Origin: Malacoraja senta
Lineage: Eukaryota
Reading direction: 5' to 3'
Length of the DNA stretch: 64,000 nucleotides
NCBI GenBank assembly: GCA_038087875.1
Contig: JAXLNO010003819.1
Coordinates: forward strand, 248,001 to 312,000
Program-made: the position numbers and the translations under genes
Notes under the pieces: generated by a model
Database searches by the model: none
What the model was told of the DNA's origin: nothing
What the model saw: the letters and a program-made list of their open reading frames with translations, nothing else
In this document: positions 60,730 to 64,000 of the stretch, piece by piece
Numbering within the stretch: position 1 is the first letter of the stretch
Layout of the letters: every line of letters starts with the position of its first letter

Positions 60730-63120
60730 TCGGAATTTAATTTGGTTGGGTTGGAATGGTGGGCAGGATAAATAATTCACGCGAATGCTTTGCGGTTTGG
60801 GAGCACACCGTGAATGTTGGTATATGAACAGAGCGCATTTTCGCTGAGAATAATAAAGATAGGCACAAAGTCAAAAAAGATTTGCATACGCTAAAAATAC
60901 CTTCAAAATAACAAAATAGCCTTCTCCTCCTTTAATGAATAGTGATCTGGTAAATGTTTGATGAAGCGAGGAGTGGATCTCATAATTGAAACTGGAGATG
61001 AACAGCCAACAAAACAATTTGCAGCAATATGAAGTGTGACATACTGTTGTTCAAGTACAGGAGCGTTTTTGGCGTTCAAATCTTCATCTCAATCTCTGAT
61101 TCCATGCCTTTCTCTTAACGTCTCCTCTGTGCCATTTTACAAAGCCATTGCCCACATATCGCCACTACTCGTGCCTTTGCCGTTATCTCCTTTCAGCCCC
61201 TGACAAAGCTCGATTGTTTTAATATTGTTATCAGTGGCATTAGTTTTATGTATGTTGTAAGATAATTCATTGAATTAATTGAGAAATTCTTGTCGCTTTA
61301 TTTTGAAGAGCACGTGCCGGTGTGGAAATCTTTCGCGACTTGATGCCTATCTTTATAATTCTCTTAGAAAATTCTTGTTACCGATATTCACCCGACGTTG
61401 TTCACCCCAAGCTCTGCCTCAACGATTACAGTATTCAGATAAAATATACCGTGGCAGTAGCAGTGCCCCAAAGTTCGACTCTGTAGATATGTGATTAGTC
61501 GGAGTATTTGGCAAATAAGCTTGCAGTGTAGTTACCCGATTGACCAACTAACCGGGATACACACTTGTGTACACTGCAATTGACGATCCATTCCCTCTAT
61601 TACAATAATATACCAGGTTATTCTGCCGATCACTTATTTTCGCAGCTGAGTCCAGGCAGATCAATAACATTCGAACATTTTAAGACACGCCTACAATTTC
61701 CAGAAAGATATCCAATTCAACGAAGACATTTTTATGTAGCAACGTTTCTTTATTTGAAATAAAGATAATTTTCATCTTGCTTGTTTCGCTTCCTTATGCA
61801 GGAATTAGGTTCGTGCTAAGCGTTTATTCCGTATATGTTACCCTTTCTACCAGAACAGCCTTCCAGTCCATTCTTGAAAGCAATCAGAAATTGATCCAAT
61901 TCCGTGTAAATCAGGCCAAAGTATATTTATTCCAGGGAAGAGAACACGGTTGGCAATTTCGCAATGCGTTGTTCATTTTCTGGTTTCCTTATGATGCAGC
62001 AGCTATTACATTTGCCTTGCGCAAATGAAAACATTGTATTGCATTAGAGGCAAGTCACAAATGACTAGAGGTGCTGGAATGTGCAGGAAAAATAAAATTA
62101 TGTGTTGGAGGAACTTAGCGGCGTCTGCCAGACATTGTACAAAAAAATGAAATGCGTGAGACGAGATGTAGTACACGAACGGTGAATCCCCACCTGCGGA
62201 TTAGTGGATGGACTCTGGTGAATGGGAGACGGGTGTAGATAATGGCAGGGCTTGGTACGATGCCTGTTTCTTCGTTGTCCATATGGAGCATCCTTTGTTC
62301 CAAACACATTCTCGCAAATTTCCCCATTCGGCCTCCCCTGCGCGGACTACGGCTTGTGGGCTGCCTCTTGGAACCATGCAGTACAGGCTAATATTATTAA
62401 CTTCGCCACTAACGTCCGCTCTGGCCTCCAAGTGACTGGAACCACGTTGCCCCTCCTATTTCCTAATCGTTTTGTCTCTCACTCACCCTGTGGTTACACC
62501 GAAACAACAGATGAGGAGTGATGTAATCTGCAGCAAAAACATAAAACCATTTGCTGGAAATGTGTTCACTTGAACCCTGTTGGGACCAGTATCCTGGCAT
62601 ACGGCAGAAAGAGGGTGGCAGATAGGGCTTCCTGCTGCAAGTAGGAAGTGTCAATATGAGTTTTTGCAAACACATAGAGGAGGCAAGCAGGATCACGTGA
62701 TGTGTTGAAGGTTACACAGACTCACTTCGTCATCGTTTCCGCTCATCGAGCCCTTTTCTTTTGACGACCACGGATGGATTCGGGGGCCGGTGTTGATGCA
62801 TGGTTGACACCAACTCAGAAATAGGAGCCGCGCCATGCTTCCGCGGTGCTATCAATGAGCAAGTGTGGTATCGCTCTCCTCTTGTCCGCGTCTGCGATGA
62901 CGTTGCAATAAAGGACTCGATGTACTGCGCTCAGCTGCAGTGAGCAACATTGTATTCCCCAATCGAGCCTAATATCGCCAATGAAGGGAGCACACAGATG
63001 AAGAAGATTATGTTTATCCTCGTCGCCAATAAGCGATATATTTTCAATCTCGGTATCGTTCATAATCGCACTAAAGTTTCTGTTTGTATGCCAGTTTTTT
63101 TTATCTTCCCTCCTGCTAAT

Positions 63121-63320
63121 GGCCCTGTCACACTGTGCGAGCTGACCCACGAGGTACCCCGAGCGAAAGACTCGTGGTTGTGCACGAGATTCCAAGTGTA
63201 TGATCAAGAGTTAAACCGAGTTCCCACGGGTATGACTCAAGTTTGCCGTTACCTGTCATTTCTGCGATGTTCCAAGTTCGTCACCCGAGTTATCAAGTTC
63301 CTCTCCCGAGGTACTCTTGA
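63121..63320. mobile_element. Possible DNA-transposon (MITE) fragment
   Basis: Starts GGCCCTGTCACACTGTGCGAG and contains internal repeated cccgag/ctcgtgg motifs; second terminus not identified. Confidence 0.35.
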
Positions 63321-64000
63321 GCCAAGCGTGAATGAAGGTCTGTTTTAATAAGCAACAGTGACCGAAGAAGTGTTTCGACCCGAAACGTCGCATATCTCTT
63401 CTCTCCGTAGGTGCTGCCTCACCCGCTGAGTTTCTCCTGCATTTTTTGTCTGCCTTTGCATAATTACAAGCCTTGTTACCACCGTTTTTAAACACAACAA
63501 TATTCATGCTCAACATTATGTTTATCCAAGTACGTTCACTGTACTTCCTTTACTGTAATAGACGTTGGAACCTCCTGAGTTTGTGATGGGCGCTATTTAA
63601 ATACAGGGATGTCTTTTCATTGCTGGCCATCAATGTTTTTCCCTGTAACATATTTAATAGAATTTACACTTTATAATTAATCTATTCGCATCCGCATATA
63701 AAATCTGAATTAAGCCGAATTACTCATTGAACTGGCAATCGTGACATGAAAGCCATAAAGACGGAAATGGCAGACACAGACGCAGAATATTTGTATCTGC
63801 ATTACATTTACGTGCAGTTCATTTGGACCACAGTCTATGGCCCTTCCGCTGCAGGATATTGAAATGGGGACCCGTCAGACAAGGGTAGGGATATCACCCC
63901 AAGGGGCACATAGCGACAAGAGAGTTTTGTTTAAATATAGATGGAAACAGTCCTGACACTATTGAATGTATAGACACTGATAATGCATTGCACTGTTTTT

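Overview
Vertebrate genomic DNA from a cartilaginous fish, probably a skate or ray. This is inferred from CR1 LINEs with (CATAGAAA)n/(TAGACAA)n tails, tRNA-headed V-SINEs, Penelope remnants and shark-type TCR V segments. The right half is part of a T-cell receptor alpha/delta V array. It holds three intact two-exon V genes (31160-30695 minus, 54499-53569 minus, 58575-59038 plus), each with a 46-nt leader exon, a phase-1 intron and a 22/23-spacer RSS. It also holds a V pseudogene with two stops (48063-48528 plus), a 3'-truncated V (46232-45406 minus) and a V fragment (53320-53420 plus). The V genes form duplicated head-to-head pairs in mixed orientation. No D, J or C segments were seen. The left and middle carry a duplicated GPR139-like class A GPCR unit: one intact two-exon copy (37356-37425 + 38961-39874, 327 aa) and one pseudogene whose exon 1 is replaced by nested young CR1 elements. 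A third, older copy of only the GPCR upstream region is also present. Most of the remaining sequence is retroelement-derived (CR1, Rex/Babar-like, L1, Penelope, SINEs, a mini-Gypsy with PBS and PPT, one TIR DNA element). Exon, RSS, TSD and hairpin coordinates were counted from the sequence; repeat boundaries are approximate.
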